This document shows, in pieces, positions 36,601-48,600 of a stretch of DNA of 51,236 bases (position 1 is its first letter; each line of letters opens with the position of its first letter). The notes under the pieces are model-generated. The model searched no databases. It had not been told where the DNA came from and saw only the letters and a program-made list of their open reading frames with translations. The stretch is from Thraustochytrium aureum (taxonomy: Eukaryota). The stretch spans positions 1-51,236 of the forward strand of contig BLSG01000398.1 in NCBI GenBank assembly GCA_012862495.1. Direction: 5' to 3'. Made by a program: the position numbers and the translations under genes.

Positions 36601-39600
36601 NNNNNNNNNNNNNNNNNNNNNNNNNNNNNNNNNNNNNNNNNNNNNNNNNNNNNNNNNNNNNNNNNNNNNNNNNNNNNNNNNNNNNNNNNNNNNNNNNNNN
36701 NNNNNNNNNNNNNNNNNNNNNNNNNNNNNNNNNNNNNNNNNNNNNNNNNNNNNNNNNNNNNNNNNNNNNNNNNNNNNNNNNNNNNNNNNNNNNNNNNNNN
36801 NNNNNNNNNNNNNNNNNNNNNNNNNNNNNNNNNNNNNNNNNNNNNNNNNNNNNNNNNNNNNNNNNNNNNNNNNNNNNNNNNNNNNNNNNNNNNNNNNNNN
36901 NNNNNNNNNNNNNNNNNNNNNNNNNNNNNNNNNNNNNNNNNNNNNNNNNNNNNNNNNNNNNNTGGAGACCTTGTGCTCCAAGCTGGTCTTGGTCTCGCTA
37001 GTGACTCCGGCTCTGCGTCTCTTGGTACGCCAGAGTCGTCAGCTGGTCGCTCCGGGGCGCTTCGACTCTCGACAGGGATGAGCGCCTCGCAATCCTCGGG
37101 TGACATCAGTGTCAGCACGGGATCCACGCAAAAAGGCCCTGCAGTTTCTGGGGCTGTCCACATCACGACCGGGGCGTCTCTCGACGGTCCAACGGCCGCG
37201 GCTGGAAATATCAAGCTGCAGGCAGGGGCGGCAAATCCAGCCGCTCAAGTCCAACGCAACCAGGCAGGCGCGCTTACCCTTCAGTCTTCCGTTATTCTGA
37301 CGCCCGGGGCTTCTTCCGGCGCTGGGGTTGCACTAACTGATAGCCTTGGCGCAACGCGAGTGTTCGTCTCCAACACGGGCGGCGTGCACGCGACCACTGC
37401 AGAGGGGGAGAGCTTTCGTGTCACAACGGCGAAGGGAGGAAACATCGTGATGGATCACGTGAACGATCCAAGTGCAGAAACAACGATGTCATTCGACGGC
37501 CAGACTGTGTTCCGTGCACGGTCGGACCGCGTGGTGGCCCACTCGCCAATTCAGGCCTCTGCGATTCACTTTCCGGACGACGAAAGGATCAAAACGAACA
37601 TCGAAGCTTTCGACAGGAGCAACGTGTATCAACGCCTCCAAGATCTCGAACTGCGATCGTTCGAGTATTCCGACGAGTGGAAGGCTGTCCGAAAGACCGC
37701 CGCAACAACTGCTTCGCGCAAGATGCGCGGCCTGGTCGCTCAGCAGGTGGCGAAGACCTTCCCGGAGTACGTCCATATCCTCGACGAGGTCTCATTCGCT
37801 GACAAAGGTTTCAAGATGGACAAGTTTCACGAGATTGACCAGCAACAGCTTACTTTGGACCTGGTGTCGGCCCTGCAAACGCAGCACAGCCGTTTTAAAA
37901 TCGGTCCGAACAGTCAAGACGTCAGCGCAACTCTCCAGATCTCCACTGCGGACGGGGGTGATCACCCGAGCGCGCCGAAAGCGAACGAGGGCTCGTCAGG
38001 GGCCATTTCGATCGCCACTGGCAAGTCAACGCTCGGCCCTTCCGGTGCCCTCACCCTCATGACTGGAAATGCAACCGGCGGCGATGCCGGGACTGTCGCT
38101 GTCTACGCTGGAAGCAGCGATAGCGGCGTGGCGGGCTCGATCGACATTCGCGCCGGTGCAACTGGTGCCCTAGGAGAAGGCGGCCGTATCATGCTACAGA
38201 GTGGAGTTAGTCGTGTGGGTCGAAGCGGCCCAATGGCTTTCCGCTCTGGCCCAGGCGTCGCCGGAAGCGGGGACCTGGCCATCGCGAGTGGGGATACGAC
38301 CGGAGGGGTTTCTGGGAACGCAACCTTCGCAAGTGGCGACTCCGTTTCAGGAATGGCCGGCCAAGTAACTGTTGCTGCGGGCTCGTCGAGCTCGATTGGG
38401 GCGGAGGGCCTCGGTGGTCGCGTTGTGATCCGCGCGGGCGCGGCGCGGGTCGGTAGCGGTGGCTCCATTTTCGTGATGTCTGGTGCTTCCCCTTTCGCCT
38501 CTGGTAGTGTTGTGATGAGTAGCGCACCGTCTTCATCCTCCGGAAATGTCAGCATTGCCTCAGGCACGGGCGAGTCTATGTCAGGAGCGATCCAGATAGC
38601 CAGCGGAGCGTCAAAGTCGTCGACAGGTGCGGTAAGCATTGGGTCGGGAGAGTCGCTGCAAGGGGTTGCTGGAGACGTTCGTGTTCGCGCCGGCTCGTCC
38701 TCAAGCGGGCCGCGTGGTGGCTCTGTTATCGTTGATGGCGGCTCTGCGCAGAGTGGGATCGCAGGGTCTGTGAACATTTCTTCTGGTTCAAGCGAGGCAG
38801 GCGCAGCTGGCTCCGTCGCCATTACTGCTGGGAGCGCCGGGGCGAAGGCCGGCAACGGAGCCCAAGTCGTAGTAGCAGGCGGCCTGGCAAGTGCTGCTGG
38901 TGCAGTCGGTGGGCCAGCGCACTTCGTCGGCGGGCTGTCCAGGGCTGGCCATGGCGGGGCAGTAGTGGTATCTGGTGGCGATGGGCTTGGTGGTGTGGGG
39001 GGTGGCGCTATCGTGCGCTCCGGAGACTCGCAGCTTGGCGCGAGCCAGCCCGTTGTTATTCAAGCAGGTGTATCGCGTGCTCTCGGCACCGACGGTCTTA
39101 CTTCAGCTGGCCAAGTCAAGATCGCAGGCGGTACAGCGATTCCTAAAGGTATGGCTGGCGGATCCGTCGTTGTAGACGGGGGGAGTGCGCAAGGTGGGCC
39201 TGGCGGAGCAGTTTCAATCACTTCAGGAGCAGGCACAGACCAGAGCGGCTCAATAAGAGTGGGAAGTGCGTCGGGCGTTCGGTCTGGCAACGTCGAATTG
39301 GGCACTGGCGCAGCAACGGCAGGAGTCTCAGGGAATCTTACGCTTCGCACTGGGTCTGGCCCAAGTGCCGGCCAGATCGAGGTGCACGTTGGATCGTCCA
39401 AAATCGAAGGCGGGGGGTCTCTGTCGCTCTCTGCTGGGCGAGCCTTAGGCACTGGCCCGAAAGCGTATGGTGGGCGCCTTCGCCTCGCCGCAGGTGATGC
39501 ACCTGCTGGAGCCGGCGGTAACATCACCCTTACCTCTGGTTCCGGCACCACTGCAGGGGACGTTATTATTTCTGCCGGGTCTGCAACCAAGCCAACTTCG

Positions 39601-42600
39601 AAGGGCGACGTCGGAGGGATCCAAATCTCGGGTGGTTCGTCGGCTGGACCGAGTGTCTCGGGAGGCGGGGTGAGCATCTCGGGCGGGGCCGGCGATGCTC
39701 AGGGATCCCAAGGAGGTGCAGTTATTTTGCAAGGTGGGCGCGCCGCAGTTGCGGTCGGCGGAGACGTCACGCTCCAGAGCGGGTCTTCAATCTCTTCTTC
39801 CAGCGGGGCAGTTCGCGTCGCTTCCGCCCCCTCTTTGGCCAGTTCTTCCGGCTCTGTCGAGTTCGGGACTGGGAGCTCAGCAGCAACGAGTGGAAACGTA
39901 TCTATCTCTACTGGGGCATCAGACGCTGCGAGCGGCTCTGTCCAAATAACTGTCGGCGAGGGCAAAACGTCAGCAGGGTCGCTCGTCCTCGTTGCTGGTC
40001 GTGCCGCGGGCGGGCATGGCGGCAACGTCGACCTTAAGAGTGGGGCGTCTCTCGGTGCAGGGCTCAGCTCTGGATCTGTTTCCGTTGCTTCCGCTGATCA
40101 CAATGCTGGCTCGTCAGGGCCTCTTAGACTCGCAACTGGGCGGTCTGCCTCGGCGTCCGGTCACGTTGAGATATCCACGGGAACTTCTGGTACAGCTGGA
40201 GCGGTTCATATTGCTGCAGGTGACTCAACCGGAGCGACCCCGGGGTTGGGCGCTTTGCCCAGCGCTGTGTTTATTCGCGCTGGTCGCGTTACGGGAGCCG
40301 AAGGCGGTCCGATCGACGTTCGAGCTGGGAACAGTACCAACGCGGGTGGTGGCACACTCCAGCTACGTGCAGGAAGCGGTCCGTTAGCTGGCGGAGACGC
40401 GATATTGCAGGCGGGGCATTCGCTGTCCTCGAACGGTGTGGGCGGTCACGTGCAAGTATCTGCTGGGGGCTCCGCGAGTCGGGGTGGGGACGTCCTCCTT
40501 GCTGGCGGTGCAGGATCGTCCTCTGCGCCCGGTGGCGCCGTCGATATCCGCGGGGGTGCAGCTGCAGGTGCGCGGGCTGTCAGCGGTGGCGTCGTCATTT
40601 CGAGTGGTGCGCATGTAGCTGGGCCGAGCGGTGACGTTGTCCTTACCACAGGTAGGCCTGGGAGCTCTGGGGGCTCTGGGAGCATACGAATTGCATCTCA
40701 TGACGCCGTCGGCGGTTCGAGTGGCGACGTCACCGTCGGCTCTGGTGAGTCTGCCGGTCCACCTGGCCACGTCAGCCTTGTCGGTGGCACATCAATCGGA
40801 ACAGCAAACGCTGGCGGACTCGTTTCCGTGCAGGGTGGCCGAGCCAATGCGCCGCAGCTTCCTGGAGGGTCTGTTCGGATTGAGAGTGGCGGCAATCCGT
40901 CGGGTGGTCCGAGTGGGTCTGTTGAGATTTCAACAGCCCACAGTATACTTGGGGTTGCACAGAGCGGAGCTTTGAGTCTGCGATCAGGTGATACTGGTGC
41001 TGGCCGCGCCTCTGGGTCCATTTCGATTCGCAGTGGAGCCGGCGGATCGGGAGGCGGAATTCTCATTCAAGTTGGTGCTGGGTCTGACCGTGCCGGTGGG
41101 CCTGTGCGTATCGAGGCTGGTAGCACCAACAACGCCGATTTGAGTGGCGGAGATGTCAATGTCACATCTGGCTCGAACATTGCGGGCCCAAGCGGTCGAA
41201 TCGTGTTGACAACGCCCGATGCGGGCTCTGCGTCCGGAAGGAGCGGAAGCATATCTATCAAGACCGGGAACAGCCCGATGGCATCCTCAGGCGGCGTCGA
41301 GATTGCTGTCGGCGATGGGGCGCAAGCGGGCGGTCGTGTCGGTCTTGTTGCTGGGACGAGTGCTTCGAATCGCGGCGGTGATGTGTCGCTTGAAGCGGGT
41401 TCTTCTCGCTCTGCGGGATTTCAGGGTGGCTCATTGATCCTGACGGCGGGAGCCGGCATTGTCGCTCCTCCGCAATCAACTGGCGTCGCAGGTAGCGAAA
41501 CTTCGACGGCAGGCGGCGAGATAAAAATCACAGCAGGCGTTGGACTCGCTGGTTCTGGCGGTGGTGTCTCCGTCCGCGGCGGAAACGGCCGGGCAGAATC
41601 TGGTGGTCGTGTTCGCGTGCTCGGTGGCGACCTCGCGGGCGCAGGCATTGCCGCGGGCGAAGTCTACCTGGAAGGCGGCCAGCATCTTGGCGCGTCGGGT
41701 TCGGGTGGAAATGTTACACTTCGTGGTGGGGGCGGGCCCACTGCTGGCGGCGACGTCTCAATATTCTCTGGTACAAGCGGGCGAAGGTCTGGCGGGATCA
41801 CCGTTCGCACAGCTCCTGGGGAAGGCGGCTCCGGTAGCGTGGAGGTTTCATCTGGTGCAACAGGTGGGAGTGTCGGGTCCGGCACCGTCCTGCTTCGAAG
41901 TGGCAATTCTCCGAATTCGCAGGCTGGACCAGTTCAGATTCGCGGAGGTGATGGCCGAGTCGGATCGTTTGTTTCTATCCGAGCTGGCGATTCGGCTGAC
42001 GCAGGCAGTGCGATTTCCCTCGAGTCAGGTTCCGCTCTCGCGTCTGGTGTTGGAGGACCGATATCCATCGTTGGCGGCGATAGCTTGCAGGGAGTTGGAG
42101 GCCGCGTCACTGTAAAGACTGGCTCTGGCGCAACGGGAAGCGGTTCCCTTGTCCTCCAGAGCGCTCAAGCCCCAGGTGGCTCGACTGGAGAAGTTTCTCT
42201 CGGGTCTGGAATCGCCGTGGGCGGGCCTGCGAGCGGTGGAGTGGCAGTGTCGACCGGCGATGCGACGGTGGGTCAGGCCGGCAACCTGACGCTTTCTGCA
42301 GGAAACTCGGCCGTCGGGGTTGGGGGTGCGGTACACGTCACTGCTGGTGCAAGCGCAGCAACTGACGCTCAAGGCGGTCTCGTGCGCATTCAAGCAGGAA
42401 GCTCTGCGCAACTTGGCGGCGACGTCGCGATCACTGCTGGCTCTGGCGCCTCGACGGGCGGGTCAGTAGTGGTGTCCAGTGGCCCTTCAACCGTTCGCGG
42501 GTCGTCTGGCAATGTAACGGTCGGGTCCGCGACTGCTGGACTCGCCATGGGCTCTGGCGACGTTGCTCTTGCTTCTGGAAACGCGCTTGGCGTTGGCAAA

Positions 42601-45600
42601 ACTGGATCAGTCCGTGTTCAAGCAGGGACCTCTGCTGGCGGGCCTGGGGGGAGTGTGCTTGTCTCCACCGGTCCGTCGGCCTCAACTGTCGGCCAGATTC
42701 AGCTTCGCGCTGGCGCTAGCATGGCCAAGGCGGGAGGCACAGGTGGGGCAATCAGTATTGCCGCTGGTGTGGCAACTGGAACGGGCTCCAGTGGTGGCAG
42801 CGTCGAGCTGTCAGCAGGTGAATCCCTCGGAGGCCCTGGTGGCGCGGTGTCTCTGCATGGCGGTTCTGCTCGCGGCGGTCAAGGCGCTGGTGGTGCAATT
42901 GAACTGCGCGGCGGGGATGCAACAACGACTGCCGGCGGCCGCGTTGACGTTCGTGGTGGGGCCGGCAATACTGTCGGTGGTGAGATCGACATTGAGGCCG
43001 GGACGGGGCGAGTACTTGGGGGGAATGTGAATTTGCGTTCCGGGGCTGCCAGCGAGGGCGCTTTGAGCGGAAGCGTTTCGATTTCCACTTCGAGGAGCTT
43101 GGATTCGTCAGGCTCCGTTTGGGTTGGGACGGGGTCCGCTGGTTCCTTGTCCGGTCAACTTAACGTTACCACTGGGGCATCTGCGCAAGCAGGCGGGATT
43201 TTCGTCGGGCCTGGTCTCAGCTCTGGTCCCCAAGGTGGTTCCGTTGTTGCTTTAGTTGGCGGTTCGTCAAGTGGCGCTGCTGGCGGTACTGCCGTCCTGC
43301 AGGGCGGCAGCTCGAGCGCTCAGGCTGGGCCGGGCGGGGTGGCTTCCGTGAGAGGCGGGAGCAGCGCTCTGTTCGGCGGCGACGTCAACGTAACGTCAGG
43401 CTCTGGAGCGCAAGTGTCTGGCTCTGTCAGGTTAACAACGGCAGAGAGCACCACTAGTGGGCGTCTGTCTCTCGCAACTGGAACATCGTCACGAACCGCC
43501 GGAGCAATCACCTTGCGGCCCGGCGATACCTTGAATGAGGTAGAGGGGGCCGCAGTGCAGATTTTTGCGGGAGGGTCCTCATCGCAGGCATCGGTTGGCG
43601 GGCGCCTTGATCTAGTTGGTGGCAGCGGGCAGGGCACCGGTGGAAACGTCCGCGTGGAATCTGGACCTGGAGGACCTGGTGCTGCTGGCAACGTGACGAT
43701 ATTCGGCGGCCAGGGTGGAACGCGATCGGGCACTGTTTCCGTTCGTGGTGGCTCGTCTAGTACTGGCCGAGCTGGGGACGTTGTGGTTTCTGGAGGAGAC
43801 TCATCTGCCAGCATCCCAGGTAACTTGCATCTTTCTGCTGGCGGTGCGGACTCCAGCAGTCCTGCTCAAGGCGGAGCCGTAAGCCTGGTTTCTGGCGCTT
43901 CAATGAACAGCTGGAGCGGCTCTGTTCTGATCGAGTCTGCCGCTGCAGCCACCACGTCGCCCGGAAGTGGAAATGTGCGCGTCTCAACAGGTCCGTCCGG
44001 CCGCGGAGTGTCAGGTCACCTCAACATCACCACTGGCGATGGTGGAACTGCGGGGAATGTCGTCATCGCCTCTGGAAGCTCCAGTGTGGCATCTGTTGGC
44101 TCGCAAGTCATTGTCCAAGCTGGTCGCGCCGTTGCGAACCGTGCCGTTGGCGGGCGACTTTCCTTGCTTGCTGGTTCCTCCTCTGGTGGGCCTGGCGGCG
44201 ATGTTGCAGTGGCAGGAGGGGCTGCTGGTGGAGGTCTCGGGGGCGCTGTTGTCATTTCAAGTGGCGAATCCCGCACCTCCGCTTCTGGTGGAGTCTTCAT
44301 CTCAACTGTGAGTTCTGCCGTTGGCTCCGGAGCAGTCAACATTTCCACTGGCTCAGTATCCTCTGGTGCTGCTGGGTCCATATCTCTTGAGACGGGCAAT
44401 AGCGAGTTCGCAGGAGCAGTTTCCATTCGAGTTGGAACCGCTGCGAAGGGCTTGGGTGGCAATGTCACTATTCAGGCTGGCGACTCGGAGGGCGACCGGT
44501 CGACGGCAGGCCGATTGCGCATTCTTGGCGGAACTGGTCGGAGAGGTGGTGGAGGGGACGTCGAGGTCCTGGCCGGGGCTTCGCTTCTTGGTGAAGGCGG
44601 TGCCGTCTCAGTTTCTTCGGGACTGGGGACCAGCTCGAGCGGAGATGTGGTTCTGTCAAGTGCCAGTGGCGCAGTGCGCTCTGGCGCTGTTTTCCTCGGT
44701 TCCGGGCAAGCCGTTTCGAGCAGCAGCGGAGAGGTTGTTGTTCAATCAGGTCTCGCTTCAGCCAACCGGGCCGGGAACGTCACCGTACGCGGTGGTTCAA
44801 GCGGGATTGGGAATGGTGCTGCTGTTCGAATCTTTGGTGGGGATTCCGTGAGGTCTGGTCTGAGTGGTGGAGGTATCGATATTGTTGGCGGCGCAAATGC
44901 CGACGCGGGCGCCGGAGGTAGTGTGGCGATTTCAGGTGGTACGGCGGCAAGGTCTACCGGCGGCGGGGTCGCTATTTCGAGTGGCGGTGGCGTCAGCGGA
45001 AGCGGTACAGCATCTCTCAGATCGGCTGACGCTGCCGGGGCGAGTTCAGGTGACATCTTTGTTACTTCAGGAGCTCACTCGGGACCCAATACGGGCCAAT
45101 CCGGCCAAGTGTTGATCGCATCTGGACCCTCTGTCGCGGGTTCCGCCGGCCAGGTTCAAATTCGAGTCGGTCGCTCAGGAAGCGCGAGTGGGGGCGCCGT
45201 GAGCATTCACTCTGGTGCAGGTGCCAGTATTGGAGGCAACATTGAGTTAACCTCCGGAGCTGGTTCTGCGGCGTCCGGGCGCTTGGAGCTCTCCACAGGT
45301 GGAGGCGCCGCATCGCAATCTTCTGGTGCTGTTGTTCTGTCCTCTGGCGCAGGCGCAACGCGAGAATCCGGCCCAGTGTCTGTTGAGTCAGGTGCATCTC
45401 AGGCTGCCTCCGGGTCGGTCTCGCTTAGCTCGGGTGCAGCTTTTGCTGCTGGCAACGTCACGGTCCTTGCTGGCGCTAGCTCTGGCGCTAACGCCGGCGG
45501 CGCTCAGGTTCGCGTCTTTGGAGGCAACTCGCAAACTGGCTCAGGTGGTTCCGTTCAGATCCAGGGTGGGTCTACTCTGGCACTCTCGCCGCGTCGTGGA

Positions 45601-48600
45601 GGGGCAGTGCGCGTGGCCGGTGGCGAGGCCGCCAACAGCGGGGCGATCCTTATTGAGTCTCCAACGGCGCAAACGTCTTCAGGAAATCTTGAGTTGCGTT
45701 CTGGCAACGCAACGACCGGGGCGTCTGGAGCCGTCTCCATGGCGACTGGGGCAAGCCCGACTTCGCCAGGCGAAATATCTATTGTTGGGGGTACTGCACT
45801 TACAAACGGTCGAGGCTCCACGGTGCGGCTTGAGGCTGGAGCAGGGCTTGGTTCTGCAAGTGGTGGAGACGTTGTTGTGGCTGCAGGCAACTCGAGCAGG
45901 ACGCTAGGCGGATCCGTTTCGATCGTTTCTGGGCGATCAGGCGCCGGTCCAAGTGNNNNNNNNNNNNNNNNNNNNNNNNNNNNNNNNNNNNNNNNNNNNN
46001 NNNNNNNNNNNNNNNNNNNNNNNNNNNNNNNNNNNNNNNNNNNNNNNNNNNNNNNNNNNNNNNNNNNNNNNNNNNNNNNNNNNNNNNNNNNNNNNNNNNN
46101 NNNNNNNNNNNNNNNNNNNNNNNNNNNNNNNNNNNNNNNNNNNNNNNNNNNNNNNNNNNNNNNNNNNNNNNNNNNNNNNNNNNNNNNNNNNNNNNNNNNN
46201 NNNNNNNNNNNNNNNNNNNNNNNNNNNNNNNNNNNNNNNNNNNNNNNNNNNNNNNNNNNNNNNNNNNNNNNNNNNNNNNNNNNNNNNNNNNNNNNNNNNN
46301 NNNNNNNNNNNNNNNNNNNNNNNNNNNNNNNNNNNNNNNNNNNNNNNNNNNNNNNNNNNNNNNNNNNNNNNNNNNNNNNNNNNNNNNNNNNNNNNNNNNN
46401 NNNNNNNNNNNNNNACGTCATCCTCGCTGCGGGCGCGTCGACGAGCCCGGTGGCCCGCGGTGGTGCGGTGAACATAACTGCGGGGCGTGGTGCCGGCCTT
46501 GGCGGCGGTATATCGATTGACGGCGGCTCAGGTGTGGCTTCCCGCGGTGGCGACGTACGCGTTGCCGCTGGAACAGCAGATCGTCTAACCGGCGGGAACC
46601 TGACGCTCAGTAGCGGATCCAGCGGTGCGACAACATCTGGGTCAGTGGCCATTGGAACGCCATTTGCTGTTGGGGGCTCGAGTGGTTCGATTGCTGTCTC
46701 CACTGGGGCCGCCGTCCAACAAGCTGGCTCAATCCAGCTTGTGGCAGGAGCAAGCTCTGGGGCTCGAGGTGGCCAAGTCTTCATTGAAGCAGGAAACTCC
46801 GGGTCTGGGGACGGAGGCCCCGTTAGCATTCAAGCCGGTCGCAGCCAGAGCGTGACTAGCGTCGGAGGCGCTGTGACAATCTCAGCAGCGCAGGGGCAGG
46901 GCGCAGGAGGGAGCGTAAGCGTTCTTGGTGGTGCTGGCGTCAGCGCTAACGGAGGGTCCATCGTCCTTGAAAGCGGGCCGAGTGGGAGGGCTAGAACTGG
47001 GGATGTTGCAATCAAGTCTGCGAACTCGGAGGCAGCACGGGCTCTTCCGGTGACGCTTCGCTCTCCACCGGAAGCGCCAGCGCAGGCCGGTCTGGAAGCG
47101 TCGTCATTTCTAGCGGCAGCAGTGCTTTGGAGACTGGCGACATAACGGTAGCGGTTGGGACCTCTGCTCTCCGGGACGGGGGGGTAGTGGCTGTGCAAGC
47201 GGGAAACGCCACCGCCCGGCATGGCGGTGATGTTGCTATCCAAGCCGGGACTGGCGGTTTAACCGGTGGTGATTTGCGTCTGACGACGGGAGCTGGTCTC
47301 GGAGGTCGTGGCGGTAGCATCTTGGCCCGTGCCGCATTATCGAGCTCTGGGCGCGGCGGCGACGTTGTCTTTGCAGCTGGTGATACGCGAGGCCAATTCG
47401 ACCAAGGTGGAAACGCATCGTTCTTCGCAGGAAGTGGTAGAAGTGGTGGCCACGTTGAATTTCGAGCAGGCGCCGGAAGCACTGGACCAGGAGGTGACCT
47501 CTTGTTTCAATCAGGCCGCAGTGATTCCTTCAACTCGGGGAAGATTGACTTTGCTACGCCAAACGCTCTTGTTGACGGCGACTCGGGAGCTGTCACATTT
47601 CAGACTGGAAATACTGTTGCGGAGACAGCGGGGCTGTGCTTTTTTCGACGGGCTCTTCTGCCGATGGGGCCGCGGGGCCGATCTCGCTGCTGGTTGGTGA
47701 CACCGCCTCAGGAACGGGCGGAGACATCTTGATTCACGCTGGGTCAAGCAAAACGAGCACTGGTGGCTCAATCGAGATTCTTGGCGGCAGTGGCCTCGCG
47801 ACGTCGAGTGGCATTGTGACGATTGGCTCTCGAGACGCGGGGGTCGCCGGTACAAGCGGTAGCGTGTCGATTAGAACAGGCAAGGGGACTGCAGGACCGA
47901 CCGGCTCGATCTCCATCTCGAGTGGGGATGCCAAGAACGGCGACTCGGGCAGTTTTGACGTTCTCCTCGGTCAGAGTGATGGCGGAAGGGGTGGCAATGT
48001 TTCCGTTTCTGCAGGCTCGAGCCTGCGCTCATTCGGCGGCAACATTGCCTTGACGTCTGGCACAGGATATGCAAGCTCAAGCGGGAACGTCACCATAAGC
48101 TCAAGCGCGGCCGGCACTGCTGGAGTAAGCGGTAGCATGGTTCTCGAGACGGGCACGGCAACTCTTGGCCCTAGCGGGTCGATCCGAATCGCGACTGGAC
48201 GATCCCGCAACGGCAACGGAGGCAATATTGACGTGGTTGTTGGAAACGCAACGAGCTCCAGCGGCGGGAACCTCACAATGATTGCCGGCCAAAGCAGCAG
48301 TGCAGATGGCGGCAACGTTGTCCTTATGTCTGGGCTTGGCCTTGCGACCACGAGTGGTAACGTGTCCATTGGATCAGCCCCAGGTGGTTCCACTGGTCGC
48401 TCCGGACAGGTCAGCGTCTCAACTGGCATGAGCTCCAGGGCGCCGTCCGGGCTGCTCAACCTCACAACTGGTGAGGCTTCGTCAAGCCGAGCTGGGCACA
48501 TTAACATTTTGGTGGGAGGCTCCGGGTCTGGTCAAGGATCAAACGTTGTTGCTCGCGCTGGCAGGAGCTCGACCAGGACAGGTGGCCAAATGGTTTTGCA

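Noticed and set aside
13670..47625. Small introns or programmed frameshifting as the explanation of the frame changes
   Set aside because: Repeat spacing is preserved across the junctions, leaving no room for introns. The shifts go in both directions with no shared slippery motif.
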